A program made the translations under genes and the position numbers. This document shows positions 1-12,200 of a DNA stretch of 20,000 nt, piece by piece. The notes under the pieces are model-generated. The model saw nothing but the letters and a program-made list of their open reading frames with translations. It was not told the DNA's origin and searched no databases. Every line of letters starts with the position of its first letter. Within the stretch, counting starts at the first letter, position 1. The stretch is from an uncultured virus (IMG/VR IMGVR_UViG_3300033512_000271) (Duplodnaviria > Heunggongvirae > Uroviricota > Caudoviricetes): IMG/VR virus record IMGVR_UViG_3300033512_000271; one strand, 5' to 3'.

Positions 1-240
1 AAGAAGTTGATGTCCTCTTTCGATAGACTTCGGAACGACCTCAAGACGAAAGCTGTCGGTACTGTGGATAAGATGTACAACGCTATGGTGCAGTCGCTTG
101 AAGCTAAGATGAAGTTAGTCAACTCCCAGCTTGAAGAGATCGGGATTTCTGTTTATGAGGGAATAAAACCGCTATTCCATTTACTGATCGACCAGTACAA
201 CACCTTTCTCGGCTTGGTGATAAACGCACTCCAAGCTGTG
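1..240 (+). other. Segment resembling the C-terminal end of the TP901-family TMP core (PhageMin_Tail-like)
   Basis: GTVDKMYNAMVQSLEAKMKLVNSQLEEIGISVYEGIKPLF matches, from memory, the pattern G.a.kMa..m..nL.g....l.Sa.e.l.I.ig..l.P that follows the TP901-family core. This implies the gene start and most of that core lie upstream of the window. Confidence 0.7.
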
Positions 241-3200
241 GGTAAGTTCACAAGCATGTTGGCTGGAGCGTTTGAGCCGCTGTTGAACTGGGTATCTGCG
301 ATTGCAGCCCCACTGATTCAGTTAGTTGGTTTAATTGCCTCGATAGCAGCAGCATTTGTTGTTTGGACAACGGTGGCAGCACTTGTCGAAGTGACTCTTA
401 CTGGGATATCGTTGGCAGCCACATATCTTGCACCAGCCTTAGTTAATGTTGTGGTCGGTCTGGGATTAGTGTCTGGCGGTATGTTGACGTTGACTGGTGG
501 GATATTGGCGGTCATAGCCGTGTTCCAAATTTTCAACAAGGATACGTTGGGCGGGTTGGTACAGGTGTTAAAAGCCACAATGTACATAGCCGCCACTGCG
601 ATCTTCACATTCTCAGAAGCATTCATCGAATCGTTTTCGTCTGCCTCCTCTGCAGTAAGCGGTGTGGTGGACGTGTTTTATGAACTTCTGAATGCAATCG
701 GAGTCCTTCCCGCAATTAATTCAACTGTTAGTATGATGAACTCACTGTTCACTGAGACAGGCGAGGTTAGTGTCGGGTTCAAGAATGTCTTGGTAGATAT
801 TGGGTACTACTCTAGTATTGCTGGTGGGATGTTGGGCGGTGTTTTAAGTGCGGCGATTCATGGGTTGATCATTTTGTTGACGCCCGTGACTACCCTGCTC
901 TCCATGTTTGGAAGTGTGATAATAAATTTCAGCTCACTGTTGCGTGGGATGCCAAGTGATGCCACAACGTTCGGCAAGTCTGTAAGTTCTGTATTTGGAG
1001 GAATTTATGAGGCAGCAGCATGGACGTACACTGAAATAGATTCGATTGTACAGGGGATATACTCGCTGTTCTCATCACTGAAAGACGATATCGAATTTAT
1101 CTGGGAAGACTTGTCTTCCAACTCTCTATTCGATAGTGTGATCGAGGGTATTGATGCTGTCAAGCAGGCATGGGCGTCGTTTACGAGCGGGATGCAAGGG
1201 ACAGAAGTAGGCTCTATCTCTGCGATGTTTGGTAGTTTGGCTGAAGACTCTTCCATGATTGTGGGAGTGCTATTGGACGAACTGGAAATAGCGTTTGGTC
1301 AGGTGGGGATTGCTCTCTTCAATGTGTTTGACGCCCCATTGAAAGCTGTGTACAAATTCTTCAACGAGATATTTAGCCTATTCAGACAATTCACAGGCAT
1401 GATCAGTCTAACTGACATAGCCCCGATTTTTGAATCACAACAAGCTCCCGAAGCACAATCAGAGTCACAAAATCAGGGCGGTGCAGCATCCAAACAACCA
1501 TCAGCCATCACAAGTTTCTATAAATCAGGAGATGTGCTTGCATCAGGTACTGCGTTTGTAACAACATTCGCAGGTGGAGTCATGGCAGGGCTGGGGTATT
1601 TAATCTCAGTCATAGAATTTGTGACTAGCAGCATTGACGCATACTTCCCACACTCTCCAGCTAAAGTCGGTCCACTTGGAGAGCTAGATACTTCTGGTGA
1701 ATCTTTAATCACGACATTCATGAAGGGTGTCTATGATGCTGCGACACAGGCAGATTTTAGTGGGCTGACCACATGGGCAGGCAGATTCTTTGTTGTGGTA
1801 GAAACCGTTGTAGGTGGCATTAAAGAAAGACTGTCAGGAATGTTCGATATCACGTTTAGTGATGTTGCGTCTAGCATACAAAACCTGGTTCTTCCTGAAG
1901 CCCAAGCATCACAAACTAGCGGTGTTGAAAACAAACAGACAACCCTGACGCCTGGACAATCACACCCAGTGTTCCTGCCACCTGTGGGACTTCTGGACAA
2001 GGTGACTGAGAACTTTAAAGCCAAACATCCTGGCGTGTTAGATGTAGCAGTTGAAGTGCAGAGCGATTTGTCTGATTACATCTTCTCCCTCGACAACCAA
2101 CTCAGAAAAGTTGGCTCACAATTCGTTGGTATGTGGGAAGATTTAGTAGGGTTTGTTGGATATGTTATTCAATCAGTGATCGACTTGTTGGCACAGCCTG
2201 CACAAGGGAGCGAGGTGTTTAAGACTTTAGCATTCGAGCCAGCAACAGCTATCCAAGATGTGGAACTGTGGTTGAGTGCAAGATTTCATGACATCTCTAT
2301 GTGGATGGATGGTCTCTATGAATCCATGAAAGATTCCACAACGTTTTTAATATCCAACATCCCGTCGTTGTCTGGTGTGCTGACATCCTCATGGGTGAGT
2401 GCCCAGATCAGCAGTTTGTCTGGATGGTTTAACACGTTCTACAACAGAATCGGTGATGCCTATACGTTCTTGTTCAATGGCATAGCATCTTTAGAACTGG
2501 ACGGCTTAGGGGATAACATAACACTCATAGCCTCTACGTGGGCATCAAACATTCAAGATGCCGCTGCCATGCTGGAACGGGCATACTTATGGTTGAAAGA
2601 CAAATTCTCTGGACTGATGGGGTATGTGAATGGTTGGCTGTCACCCTCTTCTACCCCCAGCCCCTCTTCTACCCCCAGCCCTTCTACTACACCAGCCAGT
2701 AGTTTTGGTAAAGCAGATGTCCCATCTGCACTCCCTGTATTTGAGAAGTTTAAGAGCTCTGTTTCGTTTGACGGTAGATTGCCTAACAATGTGCTGAACA
2801 GTCCGTTTGTGATGAAGGGATACAAGCCCCAAGAAAATGTCACAGACACACAGATCAACAAGGCGGCAAGTGCAATCAAAACAGCAATTGCGGATGGTGC
2901 TGTATCACTGACATCGTTCCCTCAAGACATTCAAGATGCTTTGGGTGGGAAAGAAGGGAAGTCTATGGTGGAAGCCCTTCGTAATAATGCCGCAGTCACA
3001 GTGAAATACAGTCATCAGAAGGACGCAGCAGACGCCACTCTACGAAGCCAGAGCAAGTTTAATACGTTTGGCGGTGCTCTCGATTCTATCGCCAACCCGG
3101 AGATGTTCTCCACTGGGTTGAGCAAAGAGAAAGACATTCAGCAAAAGCATCTGTCCTTCATCATAGATGTTGACCCGTTGACGTATTTCTTGTACGCAGT

Positions 3201-6200
3201 AGAGAAGGGGTTCGTGCAACTGGGTGTGATGTGGCACACTCATGTAACACAAAGAATAACCGATACGTTTGGTAGTGATAGTTGGCTGTCACAGGGATTT
3301 GAGGCATTCGATGCATTTTTCGGGTGGGTGTTGGGTGCAGCGTTGAAGATAGCAGTGCCTGTGGCAAGGCTAATTGGTTCTACGTTCCAGACAGCACTGG
3401 GTATCATCGAATTAACGTTCTTTGATATCTTTGAAACAATAGTGACGGGTGGGGCTAAGATATTCGCAAGTTTGTTCAAGATTTTTGTGGTGGACATAAC
3501 CAGTGTCGGGATGTCGCTATATAACATATTTGGGGGTTTGATTGGGGCTGTGGGTCATGTGTTTTCTGCAATAGCAGCGGTATTCACAATGGACATAGCT
3601 GGTGCAGCATCCCACATGAGTCTGGCATTCCAAGATGTGCTGTCTTCACTGTATCATGTCGGCAAGGGGATTTTGGCACTGTTCTACCCAGGTATTGCAG
3701 ATGCTATTTCTGGGGTTATTTCTGGAGTGTTGGACATAGTGGTTGGGGTGGGACGTGCGGGGGCTGAGTTTTATCTGATGATGGGTGGGTTGCTCAACAT
3801 GAAGGTGTTGATGATCCAGTTGGGTGCTGTCTGGTACGATTTCATGTTACGGGCAGATTTAGTGCGGAAGATATTCGATGCACTTGGGAACATGACAGCA
3901 ACTACGATACGGCTGTTTGAAAAACTGGTCGGGATAGATATTTCCAAGCTGTGGAAGGGTTTTGTCAACATCATCTCTTCGATGAAACACCTCCTCTCCG
4001 CAGTGAGTAAAATCTACGAAGCCATCAAAGCCCTGATTGTAGAAATGTTCTTGATGTTTAAGGGCACTGTGCAAGTTTTGGCGATTCTTCCAGTTGTCGG
4101 TAAATTTTTCAGAGACGTGGATGTTCAGTTGGCACAGATGGCTAATAAACGTGCTATGGTGATGGAAGTGGATTTACTTCCAAGAACCAATGCACAGAAG
4201 TTTATTGAAGCCTCCCAAGATGCTATACACGCATCTAAAGTGTATGGTGTGAAAGAAGCCGGGGCTTTAGCCGCAATGGGGTACTCTAAGACAAGATCAA
4301 TCGATCCAGAGTACACGACAGAATCAAAATACGATACAAGACGTGCCCCCAAGTTTGCCCCGCATACGGACTTGAAGGAGTTATCTCGACAACAATTGAC
4401 CGTGATAAACCGGTTCGAGAAACTCAAGAGTGCTTCATCAGTTGTTGGCGCAGAAATGAGAGCCGCACAAATTACATTTCTTGAAAAAGCTGTGAGGTGG
4501 AATGCAACACTGGTCAGCATGGCTGTGACAGCCTCCCAAGCATTCAGAATGTACTTTAGAGAATTTTTAGATTTCATGGCAATGGTTTTCCCTAAATCGA
4601 AATCATTGTTCACCAGTTTTGCGGCAGCCATTGACAAACAGTTGGTGGGATTTGAGAGAGCAGCTTCAGCAATCTTGTTCTTTAACACAGGGCTTTCGAC
4701 TACGGCAGGTAGAATGTACGCCGTAAGTGCTGTAAATAAAGCTCTTGCGTCTACGTTGAGTATGATCGCCTCTGCTGCTCGTATGGCAGGTAGTGCTGTC
4801 ATGACTCTACTCCACCCCTTCATTTATTTGAAGGATACTGTTAAATATTTGAACGTCACACTTGGCACATCGCTGTCCACGATAATGATGGCTATCACTG
4901 CGGTGGCATCATTCACAGAGTACTACGACAGATTATTGTCATTCTCAGACACCATAAAAGTGTACGTGGGAATCATCATGCAGCCATTTGAATCAATGGC
5001 TGAGGGCATGTATGTTCTCGATCACCTGTTGACATCCACAGAGACCTCTGAAAAAGCTGCTGTCAGCTTCCTTGCTGGATTTGTAGCGTTCCTGTCTATG
5101 GCGTTGTTGCCCATGAATCTGTTTGTTCTTGGGCTTATGACGTTATTCACCGTAATCAATATCAAACCAGAAATAGCGTCAGTAATCTACATGTTCTTCA
5201 AGAACTTTGGCAACTGGTCAGACGACGCCACGAGCTCCATTAGTTCATTGGGCGGGGTTATGTCTGGGTTTGTTAATGTGACTGGACAGGCTTTTATTGG
5301 GTTTTTTACAATGCTGATGTCGGTGATAACAGGGACAATTAATGCAGTGACATCACTGTCCTCATTGATCAGTACCGGGCTGTCATCTAACTTGTCCAAT
5401 ACTCTGGAGGTGGGTAGTGCGGGGGATTCCTTCTCTACAATGGCTGGTAAACGCTCGAATGTGGATTCATCAGTATGGAAAACAGAGTTTAGTGCCAGAC
5501 TGAAAGGTATGCGTGATTTTGCAAAATCGTTTGGAGAGTCTGACGATTCCAGTTTGAACCTTCTTCCCGGCATGTCAATAACTGTGGCTGACGTGAAGAA
5601 GGCGTTAGATTTCTCTGCCGTCAAACATGTAATGCCAGATTTCTTTAAGGAATACACAGGGGAGATACGGAGACTGGACGACGCCAGCATTAAAGACAGA
5701 CTTCAGTCAAACGTAGATAGGGGGCGTAAAACTAGGAAGTCGACGGACAGTGGCGTAAATAGTCTGGATCAAAACGCCATGAATGTCGACAGAATGGAGA
5801 CGGCATCAAAAGACGTGGTGGAAGTTCTCAGCAGAACTCCAGTTAAAATATTCGATGCTAACGTTACAGATAACGTAGGATTTTTCGCAAGTACGTTGAG
5901 TAAGTTGAATGAAGCACTGTTTTCTGTCTACACTGGAATGCAGAAATTCAAATTAGTAGACTTTTCTGTGGCTCTGATCGGGATCGGTGTGCTTGTGTTG
6001 GCATTGACTGGTAGTATTGGGATGCTAGGGTTTGGTATAGGAGGGGCGGTATTTATCGCCACTGCAGCAATAGCAACTTTAGGGCAAGTTATTGCTCGTA
6101 TGAATGATGTGTTTAAGTCCGCAAACAATTCCAAAGAGTTTTTGGAAGGATACATCCCGATGCTATCACTATTGGGTGCGGCGGTTGGTGTGGTGCTTCC

Positions 6201-9200
6201 ATTTCTATTCGGTATGAATGCGGTTATGTTGGGAATTGGGCTTACCATAACCACTGTGAGTTTAACATTCGGATTGTTGATGTCCTATGTCGATAAGTTG
6301 TCCCTCTCTTTTGAGAGCATGGGACAAGCACTCGGCATTGGCTTTAAACTTATGGAAAGAAACCCATTTACAGCTTTCGCTGAATCCATCTTTTATATAA
6401 ACAGTGCCATATCCCAATTTGTGGGTGCTAAGATTTTTGCAGCTATTGACTGGGCTGCCCCAACTGTCGGGATACAAGCAACCACCCTAGCTGTTGTTGG
6501 TATGGTAGCTGCGTTATCCTATCTCACAATACCAGCCACAGTAATCTTACCATCTGTTGTGCTTGGGTTTTCATTGTTGGGCGTAGCAGTGACCGCAGTG
6601 TCATTCACAGTGTATAACGCAAGTAAGATGCTTGATCTATCATTCAGAGATATCCAAAGCTCCATTGAAGGGTTGAGAGAGGTGGAAGTGTTTGGTTTGG
6701 TTGTGCTACAAGCTGTTTCTGTGATGGCAGCGTTTGCAGCACTATCAGCAGGATTTACCCCTCTAGGGATTGCCACAGCCATTGCTGTGGTTGCGTTTGA
6801 CATGATGGCTACATCGTTGGCTTTATTGGCTGTACAAATCAACACAATAGGCGACAGTAATGCAGGAAGCTCTATTTCAGTTTTCGGATACGCTATCTCC
6901 CAACTCTTAGACACCTTTAGATACCTGTTTGATATCATCTATTCGTTGAAAAACGAAATGCTGACCATCGGTGCTGTGGTGTTAAACATGCCCGTTATTG
7001 GTCTAGTAGCCAACATCTACAGAACATTGGTAGAGTTTCGTGGAGTACTCTATGAATTCGCTGACAATGTGGTGATGGTGTTTGGCGATTACACAGTAGG
7101 GCTGGCAGATGCAGAAGATGCAACACAGAGTTTTGGAAGAACGTTGATCTACATCTTCGCAGGGGTCTTGATAGCTATTGGTCTTATATCGTCCCCGTTG
7201 TACTTGCTCGCAGGAACTGTAACGGCGGTCGGGGCTTCAGTCTCGTCTGCATCTGTGTTTGTCGGTAGTGGGCTTGCCACCATTTCGGGGGCAGTGACCA
7301 ACGCTACTACAAGCATGTTACTGCTTACCTCCACGTTCAAAGAGTCGTTGTTGGTGGCATTCCTCACCCCTATGAACGTGTTAAGTCTGTTCTTATCACT
7401 GATCACTACGTTCCAAGAGAAGATCGCATCAGTGCACAAAGCCCTGCTGGACTTCATTGCAGACATCACTGGTCAACGGAATATGGTTGTCAAGATGGAG
7501 TATGAGCCGCAAATACTCACTAAGAAGAAAGATACAGACGGCAATCAAATAGTCGCCGACAGAACTACTCTGGGCAACACCCCATTGACACAAGCAGACA
7601 TCACCTCAATGGGTGCTACTGGCAGACAGCAACAGAACAAGATTGATACCCAGAATGCGTTTGCCAAGGATGCTGTCTCAGGGAACACTGCAGATAAATT
7701 CATCGTAGGGCTGACTGGGTTGACTCGTGAAATCCCCAATAGTATTGAGAGAATAAAAGATTCAGCGACCAAAGCAACTGTGTACACCCCACCACTATCA
7801 GCTTTAGCAGCGATTACAAACACAGTGATGGCTGGGCGGACATTGGGAGAAGGGCAGGAATTGGTATTAGTTGAAAAGTACACTGAATTGACTGGGGCTT
7901 CCACCAAGTTCATGACGCTGATATACGTCCTCATAGGGGCTGCCCTGCTTTTATTAGCAGCTTTCATAAAGGTCAGAATATCAGTGATGATGATGGAAGC
8001 TAAGGCGTTGGGTGAATTCAATGCGTTTAAAGCACAGCACACTGGAATCAAGAAGGGCAAGATCAAGCCTAAGTCATTAGCCAATGATGATGAACTGTCG
8101 TCAGAAGATTTTGTTATGTCTGGTACATTCAACGAATACTCCAGAAACGGTAAGCCAGTGTCAAAGATTGGTAGCTCAACTATCGACACTTTGTCCCATG
8201 CAGATGCTACTAAAGAGTATATGGCATATGTGAAATCCAATAAGACGGATTTGGTTGGGAAGAGTGATTGGATGAAGTTGCAGGTCAGTAAACTACGTGC
8301 TGAAAATGAGAAGCTGTCTACCATGACTTCTGAGTTTAAAGAGTCTGGTGGAATGGACTTGGAGTTCGTTGATAAAAGACTCGCAGTGCTGAAAGAGAAG
8401 GCTGGGGATTTAAAAGGCAAACACAACGCATATCAAGGAAGTATTGATGAAGTGGTTAGGACTGTGTCGAAGTTAGAAGCTGAGGAGGAGAAGTTAAAAG
8501 CGAAGATCGACAAGTATCGGGGCATGCCTAAATTAAACGCACGTCAGAAAGACTCGTATTCTACAGCCCAACAGTCTTTAGAAGGTACTAAAGAACGGTT
8601 GAGTTACAACAAGGCGTTGATTAATAGGTTGCGTCAAGAAAACAAAACAGCACTCATTGAAACCGAGGATGCTTACCAACGTCAAGAGATTGAGGTGAAG
8701 CAGTACGAAGACCTTCGCAAGAAGTTGATCAAAGGGAAAACTGTATCGGAGGCAGACATAAGTAAGAACATGTCTACCAACAGCGAGAAGATATTCCAGT
8801 ACGAAGACTATCTCAAGAGACATTCCGCCACATCAGGTGGACAGTCGTTAGTGCAAATGTCTCTCAACAACATCAAGAGAGAAGGATACACTGAGGAAGA
8901 CATAAACAATACACTGCGTTCTTCTAAACTGAACAACGCAAAAGTTAGCCCAAAGATTTTTTCACTCAAGTCCATGATGTCGTTTGGCACACTTGGGGAC
9001 AATGTGTCACCACATGCTCTGAACTTATTCAAGCTCAACAAGTTCAGAAGATCGACCAACAGAGAAATGTTGACTGACATCAAGCAAGGCGCATCTAGCA
9101 CATATCAGGACACTCAACCAGAAGTGGATAAACTCGTCAAAGAGTTATCTCCAGAAGCAATTGACTCCAACATGCGCAACGTGATACCTAGATTGCGTAA

Positions 9201-12200
9201 GCAGATGTACAACGCAACCTTGAAGAGCAGAAAGGGGGCTAACAAAGCTATCGGTTCCCCAGAGGAGATGGCTAGATTCCTCAATACTTACCAGTCACAA
9301 ATGAAGAGTTTCGTAGAGACTGCAAAGAATAGAATCAGTGATGAAGTTGATGTGGGTGAACGTGACAAGATTTTACAGACGATGGAATCATTGATGAACA
9401 AGAATATTCTTGCAATGACCAACACCGTCAATAAAGCCAACATGAAGTTGGATAACATCAAGCTGTACGAATTGAAAGCTGTTAGTGATGTGTTGGGGAT
9501 CGCATCATCACCAGTAAATGCGACACACTTAGCGCAGGCAACCCGCTATGGCTCTGAATTAGAAGCCAACTATGAGAAAAGAGAAAAGACGCCAAGTCAA
9601 GCTGTCAGAATAGTTGGACCAGAAGCATCTGAGAAACTCATTGCCACTGATGACGCATACCGCAGCAAGCGGGAAAAATTAATTCAGACAATGGTTGAGA
9701 GTTCCACCACTACATCTGCTTCATACAAGAAAGCCCAGCTTGCGATGATCGAGTTGGAAAGAAAGCACACAACTGATATTGTTGGTGAATTAGAAAAACG
9801 AGCCAATCAGATTAAAAACTCCCCATTACAAGATATTGAGGCGCAGTATGCTAAAGAGGAGTTGGAGGTCAAGAAAGGGTTTGTGAACTCCTACATCATG
9901 CTGCAAGCAGAACTTGACAGAAAAGCCGCTTCGTCTGCTGAGAAAGCCGTAATGCTCCAAGAGTTGGCTGCATCACAACGTAAAACGTTAGAAACGTTTA
10001 ACAGAAAAAGAAGTGATGAAACTGCTAAAGTTATGATGAAGATTGAGCTGGACGACATCTCAGCTAAACACAAAATCAATGACCTGAAGGCAAGTGCATC
10101 AGTCATAAGTGAAGAATATTCAGCGACACCCAAGAAGCAGAGCAATCAGTCTCCAGTTGTTGCAGCTAGAGGTCAGACCAAGGCAGACGATGCTTATGTA
10201 AAACGGTTTTCCCAATACATGGGAGATAGTGCAAAGGATTATGTGTTTGAAGTAAATCGTTTGGGTAAAGCGTTGGGTGTGATGCATGATGCCTTCTCTT
10301 CAATCGGCACCGGCATGAATAAGTCGTTTGCATGGGTATGGGGTATCGGCACACAGATTCACAATACGTTTGCTAAGTGGGACGAAAGTATGGGTTCCGC
10401 ATCAAACACATTGGTGAAATTTGCATACATGATGGTGTCTACTGTTATCAAGGCAGTAATATCATTTGCATCATCCATCAATGGGGCTATAGGCACAAAC
10501 TTAGGAAAGATGTTTAGCGGTATTGGGAATGCAATTGGATTCGTGTCTGCCAAAGTAGGTGCTAAGAGAACTGCAAAAGCTACTCACGAAGATTTATCAC
10601 CCACCACTAACGAAGTAGAAAAATTTAGTTGGAATGAAGCCGCACTCAAGACATTCGAGAAAAGTGTTCACGACGTGGACAAGTTCTTAGAGATAAGAAG
10701 CAATGCGGTTGCAGCCATAGTAGATGAAGCCAGAACAGTCAAACGCCTTAAAACCAGACTAGACTCGAATAAGGCTGACCAAAGTGAGTACGTGGCTGTC
10801 GAAGGGTGGAAAGAAGGGAAGGGGAGACATTCATCTGGTGTAGATATGTTTGCTAGGGGACCTAGTGGTTCTGATTTGATTTCAACCCAAAAGGCGATGG
10901 AAGCCCATATCGAGAAACAGATTAAAGGGTTGAATGACATCCTGACCTCTGCCGATATGACCACGACTCTATCACCAGAAAAAATCGCTACACTGAAAGA
11001 ACACAAGGCGAAGCTGAGTGCCCAACTTGAGAAGATGATTAAGACTGATCCAACGTTGAGAGCAGACATGACTCAGATGACGGCTGCCGAGTATCGCCAA
11101 CATCTATTGGATACAGTCTCAACTGAAGACCCGAATTCAGCAGTACCACTACCTGCAAATAAATTAGGTAAAGTGAAACGCACAGAGGTTGAAGTTAAAG
11201 GTGAACGCCACCTCAGCAGACTCAGCGACACAACTGACACCTATATTGCCATGCTAGAAGCTGGAGCACCATCGACCAGACTGAAAGCCTACGAGGTTAA
11301 ACTTAAACGGGCAAAAGTAGATGCAGAAAAGTATTTCGATCAATTCATCAAATCGTCTGAAGCACAAATCGAGACTTTGCGTAAACAAGCATCACTCGAT
11401 TCAATATCAGAAACACGTCGGGCAAAACTGCTTGAGATGGTTGCGAAAGAAGAAGCAGAACTGGCGCATGCTGTGTCCATGAAGTCAAGCATGTCTGCGA
11501 TTGAAGGGAGACAACAGAATGCAGTCGTTTCAGTCACATCACTAGATCGTGGTGTAGAGAACAAACGTCGCATAGCAAACTCTGCTAACTCTCAAGCCGA
11601 TGCTGTGTACAACGATGCAAACAAGAGTTTCTCAGATGTGCAGAAATCAGCATTCAAGTTTGTCAGACACACAACCAAACTGTTGGGCGACTTAACTGCC
11701 AAGCTGGACACCACAACTCAGAACATCGGTATCCTGAATGGCAAGTTAGCAAATGAACAAAACGATGTAGTGAAACAACAGATTCAATTGGCGATTAAAG
11801 AACAAGAATCATACGCCAACACCCTAGCAAGCTACATCAAGCACCACACAGATCAACTGCACTCACTAGAAAGCAGATTGCAAGCTGGTGAGCACGCACG
11901 ACTGAGAGTAATCAAACCATTTGGTGAATCCAAAGAGGTGGACATCAAGCCACTCACAATCGAACGTCACCAAAAGGCTCTCACTACCAGTAGTCAGCAA
12001 CTCAATCACAGCTACAACAACGAGAAGCTAGATTTCACATCTGTGCAAAAGCATGGCAACACCTTCTTAGCACACGCAAGCCAACTGCTAAAGCATTTCG
12101 ATCACCTGATTACTCAGTACACTCAGAACATCGACGCACTCAACGTAGCATTCGATGCCACCACTGACCCAGCACACAAATCTTTAATCCAAGATAAGAT

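Noticed and set aside
10..12. First in-frame ATG as the gene start
   Set aside because: The frame is open from nt 1 and the sequence here resembles the end of the TP901 core, so the real start is probably upstream of the window.
2644..2697. Tandem repeat as a CRISPR array or regulatory repeat
   Set aside because: There are no spacers, and the units are in-frame 18-mers encoding a PST linker.
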